Positions 38,487-52,570 are shown, numbered from the stretch's first letter. The stretch: DNA of 64,000 bases from Camelus ferus (GCF_009834535.1 NC_045696.1:27406001-27470000), one strand, 5' to 3'. Translations and numbers: made by a program. Notes: a model not told the origin generated them from the letters alone.

Positions 38487-40749
38487 TAAAATACATTTAT
38501 TTCTTCTATTTAATTCACTGTATAACTTATATCAATAAAACTTTGAGATGTGAAAGATGATTAGGTAGTTAAAAGAATTATTGCTCAAATTTATAAACCT
38601 TTAATATTTTTGGAAAGCCTGCTTAAAATTAACTTTAAAATATTATGTGATAAAAGTATTTCAAAATTTGCATTAAAATATATCTGCAATACATACATAG
38701 TAAGAAAATTAGCATTTGGTTCTCAAATACTTGTGTTATACACATAACATATGTATTATAATGACATATCATATATCGTTACAATGCGAGGAATTAACAC
38801 TAATACTTTATGGCTAAGAATAAAGGGCAAAAAAATTTTGAAAAACCTATGCCATATATTTTCAAGTACTCAATATTCCCTGGTTTGTTTTTGCTTTATT
38901 ACTAATCAGAATATATGATAAAGCTCAAAAAACATTTAATTAGAAAAAAAATCGAAGTGTAAAGTTTCATAATATAAAAAATTAAACTATTTTTTATTAT
39001 TAGACAGCATCAACCATATTAAGTGATTCTGTCATATATAGATTAAAAATATTTCGGCTAAAATTCAAAAACTACACTGTTGTCTCAAATTATTGTTACT
39101 TTAACAATATGAACGGTTGTTACTTTCAACCATAGTTACCTCGAATAAATACACCTAATTCTATTGAAATTTACCTTAGATCCAAAGAAATAATTCTACA
39201 CCATTTGTTTTACTTCTGAATGAACAAATTATTGACTCTAATAACACATTCGAGCTTCACCATATATTAAACAATAGAAATTTAAAATGTGAGGCGTTAG
39301 AACTACGTTGAAGTGCTGAAACCAAGTATCACACACCCCCAGAAAAGCCATGGGAAAATGAGAAAATGACAAAACTTTGAGGTGAAAAGCTACACTTTAA
39401 AGTTTTTAAAACAGTAAGTTGTCTTCAGTCTGCAGACGAATGATTGTGGCAGCAATTTCAGTTATCATGAAGCAATTCATTTAAATAATATATGGATTAG
39501 AAATGATTAGGAAGGAAAAGGAAAATCACAAGGAATCAGTGTGGGTTCACTGGAAGTAAGTCATGCTACCTTCCAGGCTTTCTGGCCTGGTTGATCAGGA
39601 CAATGTGATAGAAATCAAATGACATGATTTTTTTTTTGTGAAAAATATTGGAGCAGAAAATCAGTAAGGTTAAAAGCAAAAGCAAATTAAACACAATTAA
39701 GATAAAGCGAGGAAGCAAACCATAAAGGCCCCAGGATTGTGAAGTCATACAACTGACATACATAATTGTAAGTTAAAAAAAATTAAATCTAACAGCTAAA
39801 ATGACTTGATTTCATTGATTACTAACTTATAAGAAAGCTAGGATAGAAAAAAAAAATCAAAATGTATGCATTCAGAATGGCTTATGGAAATATTTGCAGA
39901 ACGTGCATTAGTCCAGAAGACACTAAAGAAAGGGGTATGTTACCAATTGGAAAATTATCAGAATCCAGGTCAAGTATCCTGGCAGTCTCCAAACATCAGA
40001 ACATTCAGACATTTTGGTTTTAGGAAGACAAAATGTTACAGAGAAAATCATGAAAATCTGTCCCACATGGAGATTAAAAGAGGAATCAAAGTGAAAAACA
40101 TCAAGTTTTTACCTATCAAATGTTAGGAACTGACAACTCAGAGGCGAACAAGGAGCTATTAATAAATGCTTCACATATATAACCTCTGCAATTTAAACTC
40201 TACTTTTCTTTAGTGACAGATTTTGTTACCTGAAATCAATCACTATTTACCAAAAAAAAAATATGTTAATATACTAAATGTCGACTAGAGTGTGGTTAAT
40301 GAAGATTTATCAATGAAGAATTCAGTATTGACACAGTAAGATTTATTGACATTATAAGTACAGTCAAAATGACTAGAGAGCACAGAATGCCAGGAATGAA
40401 AAGAAAAGGTTAATCAAAATTGAGTAATCAGTAAGAGATAATAACAAAATCCAAAAATGAGAGAGGTTATATCTTGAGACTACAAAACTCACTAAGTCCC
40501 ATTTTTTCAAAAGTACCACCTAATAAGTCAGATAGGAAAATATGTGAAGTTTTCAGCAACAAAGATATATTTTGTATCATTTACAATAGGTCTATACAGT
40601 GTAACCACACATAAAATGGTCCAAGGAATCAAACACAAATCTACTTGTAGAAATAAAAGCTGAAGAATTCACATCAGCTTATCCAATATTATATCTTATT
40701 CTCAGGAGGAACAAGTTACCTGATTACACTATAAGGTTTTTGTACTTAC

Positions 40750-40907
40750 TCAGATGGTTGTACAGTCTACTGATAAGTATGCGTCAACAGGAGTAAGAGT
40801 GGCAGGAAGGAAACTGGCATCTGGCTTGTGAGTACTTGTGTGACACACATAACCTACTCCAACTTATATAACCAAAGATTGGTAGAATGATAAGATCATT
40901 TGAGCCA
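40750..40907 (-). other. Candidate cassette/pseudo-exon, 158 nt, with stops in all three frames
   Basis: Acceptor ...cccttttcatatacagttttgatttccccctcAG (AG at 40909-40908). Donor TGA|GTAAGT (40749-40744). Confidence 0.3.
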
Positions 40908-41334
40908 CTGAGGGGGAAATCAAAACTGTATATGAAAAGGGTATACGAAAAGTCCATATTTAAAAAGAACAGAAAGCCAAGATACTCTGAAACAAGCCAT
41001 CACTAGTACAAATGTCTGATTACCTCTTTTGAAGATCAATATAGAAAACATGGGAAAGAACGTCCTAGATATAGTCTTAAAGTCCACATACTGTGAAGGC
41101 TTTGCTATATATATTACACTTAAAATATTTCTGGTCAAACCAAACAGAGTAATAGACAGATGAAGATTCTGAACCAAAGAAGTATCTTTAAAATCCCATC
41201 ACTTTTTTGTTTTCTATTCAAACTAGTGAGCCTCTGCTTACACCGTATATAATACCATTTGGGATTTCACTTCCTGTGACTGCATCACTTCATAATGTCT
41301 ACTCAATTCAGCTACTTGGTGTCGGTGCCAATCC

Positions 41335-41470
41335 CTGTGCCTCCAACAAGATGGGATCTTCACAAGGGCAAGGGATTTCATTCACTTGGTTCACTGCGGG
41401 AGCCAACGACCTACAACAGTGTCTACACATAGGCAGCCACTAAATACAATTTACTGAATAAATGAATGCA
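41335..41470 (+). mobile_element. L2 3' end
   Basis: cttcacaagggcaagggattt...ttggttcactgc...acctacaacagtgtctacacatagg...tttactgaataaatgaatg. Confidence 0.75.
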
Positions 41471-44400
41471 AATGATAAATACAAAAGCAACTGATGGTAC
41501 TAACATTTCATAATAATAACCTTAATAATTTTGGGGTGTGCTTATATTCTGTACATTTTAAAGTATAAGTATAAAAGAACAAAGGAAAGAAATTCTTCGG
41601 GAGAATTTTAAGAAACCTAAGAATGCATCTATAGAACAAGAAATATTAATGTAAAATTAAAATTTCCATGTGAAAGAAAATGATAATCAACAGAATAACA
41701 AAGTCAATAAAAACTCTGCTATGCATTAGAAGAATTCACTGATGTGAAATACTAAAAAACATGAAAGCATCACTAAAATAAATCTAAATAAAAGAAAAAA
41801 TTAAACAGCACATTGTTAGTCTAAATTTGAAAGAGGAAAAAATACATATTCAAATGTTTCATTAAGGGCTTAAGAAAAATAATTCTAGTATATTGTAAAA
41901 AATAGTTGAAGTTCTACTTTTTAAAATAGTTTAAAGTAAAAATGAGCATTCTTGCATACTTCTAACTAGACTCTTAATTTCAATGTCCCTCAGGCCAATC
42001 CTAAATGAGATCTGTAAACAGAATTTAACATTGTATTTGAATACAAAATAAAACTACCTGCTTTCATTCAAACAATGGAATATTACATAACCTTTAAAAG
42101 TACTGCATTCACTGAGAAATGTCTAATTTGTGCTACATTAAAAAAAAACAAGGTGTAAATAATTTGAATTTGTAATTTTGTATCAGATTGAAAAATGTAC
42201 ATCTATTCAAAACTAAATATGCATTTCAGTGAGGACTTCCTACATTTGTATAGGCTTCTGGCTTCGGACAGACTCTTGAATCACATACCTGTTGAATCAC
42301 ACATTTCCTACACCTATCCTGACCTCACCTTATTAACTAAAGATTTTTTTGATTCAAGGCCATTGGTCTCAATGAAAAACATTTTTTTTTTTTACTTTAG
42401 GAATGTTCTTCTTTGAAACACCAAGAAGCAAACAATATTTTAACACTGAGCAATCCAGGCCTAGTCACAATCTAAACAATTTACTCCCAAATCCATCTTC
42501 CAACTCAGGATTCAAACCAAAACCTCAGCAAAACTCTAATGTCTAAATACCATGGTCCTTGGAAAATACCAATAAGCTATGAAACGTGTACTTTTAGATT
42601 ATTGCATAGTAGACACCTGCATTTGAAACTACTTTGCAAATAACCAGGCAAAATAAAATGGACAAATTGCCTTCTCAATGACAAAAGAGTAACAATATCA
42701 CACTTAAGTAAACAGAATATATAGAGCCAAAAGGTAACTATCAATCATTCATCTATCCTTCTATTAACTCACATATTTACTTATTTTCAAAAGCCTGAAA
42801 GAATGCCATACAAAAATTCATGTGGCATTTTGCAGAGCAAATGTGAATATTACATTTCACTATCCAGGTAATAAATACCTGTTTTCCTATATAATATGCA
42901 GATGAAAAAAATATAAAAACAGTGCAATTACAAAACAAACATTTTAAAGCTCACAGCTGGCCACTTTTTAGTGGAAGTTATCTTTGAAATATGGGGAAAA
43001 CTGAGTCAGTGTATTAGCATCCTACGATTGCTGGTCTTATTTAAAACAGTTCATTGTCTTGCCCTACGGTTGTTTACTCTTCCCTTAATTCACTAAGCTC
43101 TACTGTCCTTCTGCCAAAAACATTTTAAACTAAACTAAATAGCATGTGCAACAAATTTCCTCTGTTATGTCAAGTTGGCCTGAATAAAAAATTATTAAAG
43201 ACTACAACTAAAGAATTACAGGGCAGGACAGAAGACTTATGAGAAAGATTCTCATTTTCCCCAACAAAATATTCCAACATTTTAAAAGGCATAGACTTGA
43301 TCTGTACGGGCACATGTGGGGGGGTTAGTGTGTATGTGTCTCCAACATATACCATACCTACAAGCTGGCTGGTTAAGATGGCATCTTCTATTTATATAAA
43401 TTGCACATATCTTTCCACCCATGGTCTGACCTAGATAGGAGGTTAGGCAAATATAAGCAAACCTCAAGTAGCATTTTTTTTAATCTTATAAAAATTCATG
43501 AACATCATTACCACATGCTTTCATTCATTAGAAAAAAAAAAACTAAATACCATCTGTGCACGATAGTCTAATTAGGGGATTAGAATCACAGACACTTTGC
43601 TGGCTCACATGTTCAAGCACATGTCCCCCTTGACCATTTCAGAAAAGAAAATAAAAAAGAACAATAAAAACGTAGTCAGAGGCATCTCTTTGGATTCGGC
43701 TTTGGCTACTAGAGTTAACTAACCCCATAGAATTTAGCTGTCTAGCACTCCCTTTGGAAATTGACTCTTTTTTTTCCCCCTTTATGTGCATGCCTGCCCC
43801 AGCACAAGCCTTAGGATAAACTTGGCATCACATGAATCAGGTTTTAATAAGTTCAAACAACATTTTATAGAAGACTGGTATTTACAGTCTGCAACGTACT
43901 GTAGGGACAAATTTTTTTGGACTTAGTACCCAGAAAAAAATTCAAATGATAATGCTAAATTGTTCTAAAAGAACACTGACCATAAACATTACTCAGGGGT
44001 GATGTATAAAATATACAGGACCCTGTACAATATGTGTACTAGAACTTGTAATCCTTAACTCAAGCTTCATGATAATTTTAGGGTCCATGAATTATAGAAG
44101 TTGAACTGATAAAAAGAGATCATATAGAGAAGTCAAGACACAACATATTTATTTTTAGTTAGGACTGTCTTCTTCCTTATCCTAAATTCTAGTAAAATTA
44201 CTGCACTTTAAGCATTTTAAACTATAAAGATCATGCAATCTAATTTGACGTAAATCCTGCCGGTCCTATCAGCTAGGATCAGAAGATTAAATCCCACACA
44301 GCTATTTAAGATATCAACAATTAAATACATTCTGCAACAAAAAAGGGCAGTGAAATTTTGTTGTTATTCATAACTGGAAAAAAATGTACACTTTGTAGAT

Positions 44401-44603
44401 CAAGAAGGTTTTCAGCTTAGAGAATGCAGGTGACGGGTAAGCAAAAACCATCATCACTTACTGAAAAGGGTACCCTTGTGTCCTCTCCATATAGCACAAG
44501 GTAGAAAGAAAATGAAAACATGGTCAGGAACAATAATAATGGAAAGAAAGGAGTAAATCCGTTAAGCCACCTAAATTGTTATCAACATAAACTTAAAAAA
44601 AAA

Positions 44604-44726
44604 TGAGGGGCAGGCAATGAAGTTTATGTATTTATTATTTTTTTTTAACAGAGGTACTGGGGATTGAACCCCGGACCTCATGCATGCCAAGCATGGGCTC
44701 TACCACTGCGCTGTACCCCCCCTTTC
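44604..44726 (-). mobile_element. Camelid tRNA-derived SINE (Vic-1-like)
   Basis: gaggtactggggattgaaccccggacctcatgcatgccaagcatgggctctaccactgcgctgtacccc is the reverse complement homologue of the 38344 element, including its tail. Confidence 0.88.
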
Positions 44727-47549
44727 AAACTAAAATTTTTTAACATTGAAAGTAAAGTGCAGTATCGATGAAAATGCAAATTAAATGGCACCACCACATG
44801 GCCACTGCTCTTTCAACCATTACAGTACCTTGAGATTCAAATTTTTATCTGTTTTTTTCTATTTGTACTCCAATCACAGTGCTCCATAACCGAAGTGACC
44901 AGTCAGCTGAGGAGTAGCTATTTATGTGTTGGTTTCATAAGACAGATCCATGTCCAGCTGGAAATAAGTTCAGGCATTCTCAGCCCAAACCAGCTATATA
45001 ACTGGGTCTCTTCAAGTAAAATTAGGTCTACACTAGACTCTTCACATTCAGATCCAAAGAGAAAAAGTTCCCCCCCCTTTAAATATAGCTTATAAAATCC
45101 GGAATTACATGCTATCCTTTCAGTGGTCAAACTCTACTCGTTATTGACTAGCGTATTCTCTTTGGATTCTGGAGGCCATTTCTTATGAATATTGGCTGCT
45201 CCAACAATGTCATATTGTCAACAGATGCTGGGATGCTGCTTATTCAGCTCGGGAGGGGTTGCCAGTGGAGGCTCGTTGCTTCAGGCTGAAGCAAATTAAT
45301 CCCAGCAGAGATGAGTTTTATTTGTTTCTCTAATAGTGGGAAGAAATATTGATGAGAGAATTCTGAGCTGTACTACGGACAAGAGGCTGCTGGAGATCCT
45401 CACCAACCCACTTTAGCATCTCCAAGTTGGTGGGCGTGTGTGGCAGGGAGCACCCTTTTAGCTGCATGACCCGTAGGGCATCCACCTCAGAGACTCCCCC
45501 TTTTCACAACATACATAAAGCTCTTTGTTCTCCCTCTGTTTACAGTGGGAAGGGTTAGCCTCTTGTATGAATGTTTTTCTCTCTGGCAATAAAAGTTTTT
45601 GAAGAAAATAATAAAAATGCCACTAAAAATTGTACACAGCAAAAACTAAAAGCATTTTTCTTTCATTGTCTAATTTTGAAAAGTCTATTATCTTCAGATA
45701 CCCAGCATCCTACCTAAGTACTCTGCTTTCCTGAATTTAACTATGATGAGCTAATTTTCTAACTGCAGACACTCCTTTCCATATTCTTCTCTTACTTCTC
45801 ATTGAGAACCCTTCCTTCCCAGGAACAAAAACTGGCAGATTTTACTAACAACTGCATCAGAGTCATGCCCTAGTGCAGCAAAAACTCACTATAAAGGGAT
45901 AGGCAAAGATGGAAAGAGAAATACTTTCCAGTCATTTAAACAGAAATTCCTTTTAAATTAGCTTAGGGGTATCCAATAAGAGCACAGTTACTCATTTTTT
46001 TAAATAAGAGTTACCAATTTAATATACTTTTAATGGGTATGGTATTAATAGATCAAATGGAAATAAACATGCAAACAGAGGTTATGGATTTTAACTCTTT
46101 AATTATTGTTAGATGAAGAGTGAATAAGTAACACATGGATTCAGGGGTAAGTTTTATATTAGATTTGATGTTTATGTGCATTTTGACCTTGTTTTTCCAT
46201 CTCTTTAAAAAACAATGGTAAATGGAAAAGTGAATTTTAAACATTTCTTACCCTTGATCTTAGAGTTACCAAGCTTTAAATATTATGATTGAAATTTGGG
46301 GCAAGTTTTTAAATTTAAAAATGTTATAAAAATCACTGCATTTGGCAAAAGTGTGTGCCGTATTAATGGCCAGTTGAATCTCGTGTGAGCCCTAAGTTTT
46401 ATGCTCCATTTTCTGACTTACAAAGGGAAAAAACATGCAGAAATTGATACGGAAGCCACGTCCCTGCAAAACTAAAAAGCAGTAAATGATTTTTGACTAA
46501 AACAATGCAAGCTGAATCACATATTCATCTGTTTTACAAACAAAGACCATGCTAATATCCTGCCTGTTCAAAGCACCATTGTGTCCTGCCTCCCCTTATT
46601 GTTCTGTTCTCATCTTCAAGGTTTCACCCTTTCTGACTTCAAAACACAACAAGCTGTTTTGAGCTGACATTTCCAGCATCCGGCCATCATGGTGAAATAT
46701 CTTCCAAATGTTTCTTCTCTGCATCCTTCTCTCACCTCGCAGAACACACATGCTATCTTCTCTCCATGCTTCCCACATCGACTACTCAGTTGTCGTTTAG
46801 GTCCTCAGGTCTTCTCCATTTTTTCCTCCCTTCCCTCTCTCTATCACTTCAATTCATCTACTTCATTCATTCATTTATTTTTGTCAAAAAACATGGAGAA
46901 AGTATTTCTCAGTCTCTACTCTGTGGGGTAAAGCCTTTTGCTTTCCTCCTCTCCTTACCCTTTCTCTCTCCCATTCTGTCTCCGCAGCAAAAGCACTGAA
47001 ATAAGCAAGTGTGTTCAGTTTCAATCATTGTTCTTCTTGGACATGCGTGCTCAAGTTTTTAATTTGCTACTTTCTGTTGCTTAAAAAAAAGTACCTAGAT
47101 GTATGATGGAATTTAGTATATCAAGAAAGTGTAATAATATTTTGCCATGACTTCTAGGCACACTCCATACAGCAATGATCCCAAACGTGATTACAACTGT
47201 CTTCAAGCCTGAGATATTTAAATGATTCCAATTTTCTGTCCTATTCCACTGCACTGTTGATGATCTGTTATTAAATGGTAAATTTAACAACAGTATATGC
47301 TTTTTTGGTTTTACTCAAGAATTCAGCCACTATTTAAAACTCTCTTTCCCATCTATTGCCTGAAATTTCCTAGATTCATTGCTTTCAGATCTGGGAAAGA
47401 TTTCAGGGTACAACCTTTTTATTTTGTGAAGGAGGAGCTTGAAACCTAGAGAGTAAACTGACCCAAAGTTTCACAGAGAAGCTAGAACGGGGAGATTACC
47501 CCACATGTGTGAAGTTGTAGAACCTGGCTGCACTGGGTAGCATAGCTCT

Positions 47550-47930
47550 GCAGGAGGAAGGAGCGGCAAGAAGGAAGATAAAAGGGAAGGTGAGAGCTAG
47601 ATCATGAAGGACCTTTCCATTATACAGCTGGCATATAATGATGGCTCAGTACATATTTTATTAATGAATACTTAGATGCCACACAAAGGGACGTAAATTT
47701 TATTGTATGTCTGACGAGGCATCAGCATGATAGGATTATGCTATAGGAAATGGTGATGAGAGACCTGTATTTTAGAAATCAATTATTATAAGCAAGACAT
47801 TGGAAGATGGATTTCTGTTAAGATGGTACGAATGGTACTAAAAGCAAGAAAGCCAGTTGAGAAAATGTAGTAGTTCAGATAAGAAATAATGAAGTATTGG
47901 ATTAAGTTACTGCCAGGAGGAAAAAGAAAG
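47550..47930 (-). mobile_element. L2 fragments
   Basis: agagctagatcatgaaggaccttt...tgatgagagacctgtattttagaaatc...gtagtagttcagataagaaataatgaag. Confidence 0.6.
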
Positions 47931-47936
47931 AAGATG

Positions 47937-47978
47937 GTGTGTGTGTGTGTGTGTGTGTGCACGTGTGTGTGTGTGTGT
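47937..47978. repeat. (TG)n microsatellite, interrupted
   Basis: gtgtgtgtgtgtgtgtgtgtgtgcacgtgtgtgtgtgtgtgt. Confidence 0.95.
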
Positions 47979-48239
47979 CTGTTTCTCCTGTAGGCTTCTA
48001 TCATGGAACTTATCATTTCTTTGTGTGTAGGCTGCATCCTCCACTTACAACACTCTAACCTGATCTATGAGATGTGTGAGATAATCTTCATAAAATTCAA
48101 ATAATGCCATGAAAAATTCTGAGCATTCTCAAAAATGCTTCTCTTAAAATAAAAGTTCTGTAAATTCCATTTGCCAAGGTAAGGATTTTCCATCTATGAA
48201 AACCAAAGTAATGAAATACTTCTATTGATAAAGTAATAA

Positions 48240-48490
48240 TAATGGTAACAACAGTACTTAACATATTAGAAATATATATATTTATAAATATATATGTATA
48301 TACACACTAGGCAATGTTCTAAATGTTTTACTCACTAAATCCCTTGCAGCAACTTCATGATCTAGGGACTATTATTACTCCATTTTATAGATTAGTAAAA
48401 TGAGAAATGGAGAGAGGTTTACTCCAATATTAAACATCTACAAAGAGGTGGAGTTGGAACTTTGTCAGTCTAACTATAGGTCCCACACTG
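48240..48490 (-). mobile_element. MIR SINE
   Basis: ctaggcaatgttctaaatgtttta...cagcaacttcatgatctagggactattattactccattttatagat. Confidence 0.7.
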
Positions 48491-49049
48491 ACTCTATCTA
48501 TACTTTCAGAAAAATAATGATCATATGACCCTGCGCATTTTACATATTGATAAAATGAGGTAAAATGACATGTTTGAGGCAATACTGCTGATAGCAAGAG
48601 AGTGTGTATGTGTATATGTGTTTTTTTTTAACTTTAAGAATAACTCAAAATTCATTTGAGTAATATTACCTGGATATAAATTAGTTCATATACTTGATAC
48701 ACAAGATTTTTCCTTTCGGTTTTGTTTTAAAAAAAACTTTCAAATGGTTATGTCAAATATTTAATCAGTAATGCTTTTTCTATAATGAGGAGTTAACCCT
48801 TACTAATTAGAATTGTAGAAATTTAGCACACATACCTTCTAGAGGAAAAAAAAATAATAAAAATAAGTTGACTATAAAAACTATACCTAGACTTCAAGGC
48901 TCTTTATCCCAAGTTCATATGGTGCTAACAAATTCAGTTTCATTCACAGAAATTTGTGCTATGACACATAAATTTTGTCTGTTTTCAGAGTAAGGAAAGA
49001 GACAGCCTTTCAAAAAGAATTTGTCCAATAAAATTATGATTGCTTTATA

Positions 49050-49350
49050 AACCAGGTATATGAATCTCAAAAAGGCAATATGAAATATATAAAAAATACA
49101 CAAAATAATACATATATGATTCTATTTATGTAAAGGTAAAAACCACCAAAACTAATATAACTACTGAATGATGTTAGAAGTCAGATAGTGACACTGTGGG
49201 GGAGAAAGTAGAGGCAAAGATTGAAAGGAGCTGCAAAAAGACTATTTATTCATCTGTATAGGGGTTATATGGGTAGGCTTAATCTGTTATAATGTATCTA
49301 GCTGTACATTGATTTCTGTAATTGTCTATATGCACATTTCAATTAAATTT
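49050..49350 (+). mobile_element. L1ME-like 3' UTR fragment
   Basis: atgaatctcaaaa...tacatatatgattctatttatgtaaagg...tgttagaagtcagatagtg. Confidence 0.75.
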
Positions 49351-49379
49351 GTATTTTAGAAAACATTCATTATTTGTTA

Positions 49380-50070
49380 ATTTAATAAACACTTTTTACC
49401 ATTTTAATAGATCTATATATAATTCCTAGTATTGAAAAAGAAATTAATATGGATGCAATTAAATTAAAATCAGATCTCACACAGTAAGGGAGAGGAGAGA
49501 GACATGAAGAAATTACAATGTGAGATGATGCTAATAGGTTAACTTAAAAATGATGTCAATTTTGGAATCAAAGGGGCCTCAGCTCAAAAATTTGCTCCCT
49601 CACTTCTTAGTTTAGGACTTCTCTGTTAAAATGGGCTTTTGAGAGGATTTAGTGAAATTCACTAGTGAGCTTCAATCAACAGTAATTCCCTTGTCCTTAG
49701 AATGTTCTATAAAGTTGTGTGCAAACACACAAAAAAGGTGATTAACCTAAGCTCTAAAGATAGAAGGCTAGAGAACAGTTGCAAAACTTAAAGACTTGCC
49801 AGAAATGACAACTGAGCAAACGCTTGAAGCCAGAGCTGAACCTGACCAAGATGATTTCAAGGAAACGCAAAATTCAGAAAAACACAAGTGTGCACAAAGA
49901 CATCAAGCTATTCAAGTCCAGTAATCCTTAGGAGTTCTTTGTGGGTATGCGTGGAGGAGAGAAGGAGAGAGTGACAAAAGAAGAGGCTGGACAGGTATGT
50001 CTAAACCAAGTCGTGATGGGCGTTGCATGTGAACACAGGAGTGTTTTGCTTGGTTTGCTCTTATCCTATA
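49380..50070 (-). mobile_element. Degraded L2 with embedded MIR fragment (~49550-49690)
   Basis: aattacaatgtgagatgatgc..., aagaggctggacaggt...gtcgtgatgggcgttgcatg. MIR-like tttggaatcaaa...aaaatggg...gagaggatttagtg. Confidence 0.5.
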
Positions 50071-52249
50071 ATTATGTGGTAAACATAAATATTAGGCTCA
50101 CCTGGTTCCTTGAGATCTGACTAAGATCAGTTCAGACCTCCCTCCCAAATGCTTGGCGGTTCAAAAACCTCCTCAAGCTTTATGCCAAGTCACTGACAGC
50201 TACTTCTGGAACTGTAATTTCTGTTTCACATCGCATTACCAAAAATGAAACTGAGACTCCTCCCAGGTATGCACATGACCCCAACCTAAACAACAACAAA
50301 AAACCTTTCCAGAAAGCATGTGTGACTTCAGCCCTCTTGTCTGAAGACTGGGAAAATCATGAGGAGATCTGGTTGCACAAATGCATACAACTTTAAGTTC
50401 AACATTAGATACTGTTTTTCTTCACAACAGAGGGAATTTGGGGCCAGAGGAATTCTTTCCTGTTCATCCTTTTCAGAAGGCAGTTTTGATCAAATGTTTT
50501 TTTAACAAAATAAACCACCAAAAACTGTTTTCCTAGATAATGTATATTTGATTCATCACAGTGTCCCATACTCCGAGGTTAAAAAAAATTAATGTTAACA
50601 ACTTATTACTGGTAAGTCACTGATTTTCAAAACTGGAATTTTCATAGGTGTGTGGGTTTTTAATATCTAGTTTGATCATGGTTGAAAATTTTAAACTATG
50701 GTATGTTCTACAAAAAAGCAGCAGTTGCCAGATTTGCGGTTACAGATTTGAAGTATCCAATGATAATATTCTTAAAATAAGTCTTATTTCTAATATTCCT
50801 TTTCTTGCTCAAAAATAACAAACCATTTTGAGAATGTGAGTCTAGTTAAAATTAAGTAACCATTTTGATCCTAACATGAACACTGTCAGCAAACGAACAA
50901 GATTATAGAAGTTCTTTCTCCACCTTGAAACAGTAGTTCTTTACATTTTAGAAACCCTCTGGGTTGCTTTCTTGTCTTGACTTCAAAGAGATACATAAGC
51001 TTAGATCAATTTTGCAGTGGCATACAGCATGATGAGAAACGAGCCTGGCTCTGTTTCAGGTCACAGTGAACCAACCTCCACAAATGCTAAAAACTGTATA
51101 AAAATTTCCTTTACTGGTGTTATAAAATAGCTAGCTATTATATTAAGACTGGTTTAAGACCCATGAGTCATTTGAAAAAAATAACTGTTCACCCATTGGT
51201 CTGAATTTTCCTGTGCATTATACTAGATATAACCAGAATGTAAACAAGAGGTCCTTAAAAACTACATACCACCATTTCTTTCATGACAAGACGATGCATT
51301 CTGAACAAGGGTACCCCCTTTCAAAGGCAACGATGGAGCCTGTATCTACAGAAAGCAGAGCAGGTTTCTAAGAAAAAAAATCTGACCTTGAGTTCATGCT
51401 GCAATTTCAAGAGTTAAATGATTAGGAAGCTTTTGGAAGTGATCATAAATTAATTCAGTATGAAAATAAAATGTATTAATACTGCTAGCACTAAGTCAAA
51501 TTGTGTTTTTGCTTTCCTTGTTCTATATTTACATTAAGTTTTTCTTTTTCAAAAACATGCCAGTTTGTGTTTATTTCATAAATTTCAAAAAGAATTAAAG
51601 ATGAGCCAGGACAGCACATTTTTTCACATGTGCTGTAGCAGCATATTACGGGAATGCTTTAAGTTCTAACATTCTTTCCTTGCAAATTAAATTACATTTC
51701 CAAGTTTACTGCACGCAGGACCCTAAAATTAAATGAAATCCACCAACTTGACTTCTTAGAGAGCAATGCCTAGGAAGAAAGCACACATATGCATGAGGGT
51801 ACATACACACAGACATGATTCTAATTAGGGTAGACACAAGTCTTCTAGTGATTGATGCACACATGATATTTCTTCCTAGTTAGGCAGAAATGTTAGAAGT
51901 CAGCAATTTGGCACGAACAGAGACTACCATGTATATTGCCAGTTGGGCAGCTTGACAGTATGGGGTTTTGAGTCCTCCTCGGGAACTGTGTGTTCATAAT
52001 AGCACAAGCCACGTTTGGATGGATTGAAAGAACACAGAAAGCAACTCCAAGGAAAAAGAGGAGTGGGCAAAGTCAATCCGTAAACAGGGATATAGTTAAA
52101 AATGCATGAAGCTTAAAAATTAACAATAACAATACAGGATCTAAAAGAAACTAGATTGGAAGAAATGTGATTTTTAATAAAAATATTCTTTCAAAGCTAA
52201 TGATAGTAAAGCATTATTCACTTGTTCTTGCTCTTCCTTCTTTCTGATT

Positions 52250-52570
52250 GGCTTCCCTAGTAATGTCAGTTTTACTCACATGTCACTCTGTCAGGGAGCC
52301 CTCCCATAACCATTCTAAACTAAAGGCTCCCTATTCCCATCACACTCCTTATAGCCCATTGACTCCTTTGTTTTTTTTCCATAGTAATATCACCATGTAA
52401 CATACCAGATGCTTTATATATTTTCTTAATGTTCACCTCTTCCTACTAGAATATAAGGTCTGGAAGGATAGGAACGTTTTCAGTTTTGTTCATGGCTGTA
52501 TCTCCAGGACTCAGGAAAAAAAAATTGAACAGACTAGGTGTTTCATAATAACACTTGCAAATAAACAAGG
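52250..52570 (+). mobile_element. L2a 3' end
   Basis: ctactagaatataaggtctggaaggatagg...ttttgttcatggctgtatctccaggactcag...taggtgtttcataataacacttg. Confidence 0.75.

Noticed and set aside
44456..44530. Minus-strand micro-exon ending TCA|GTAAGT
   Set aside because: No convincing acceptor AG directly after the pyrimidine tract.
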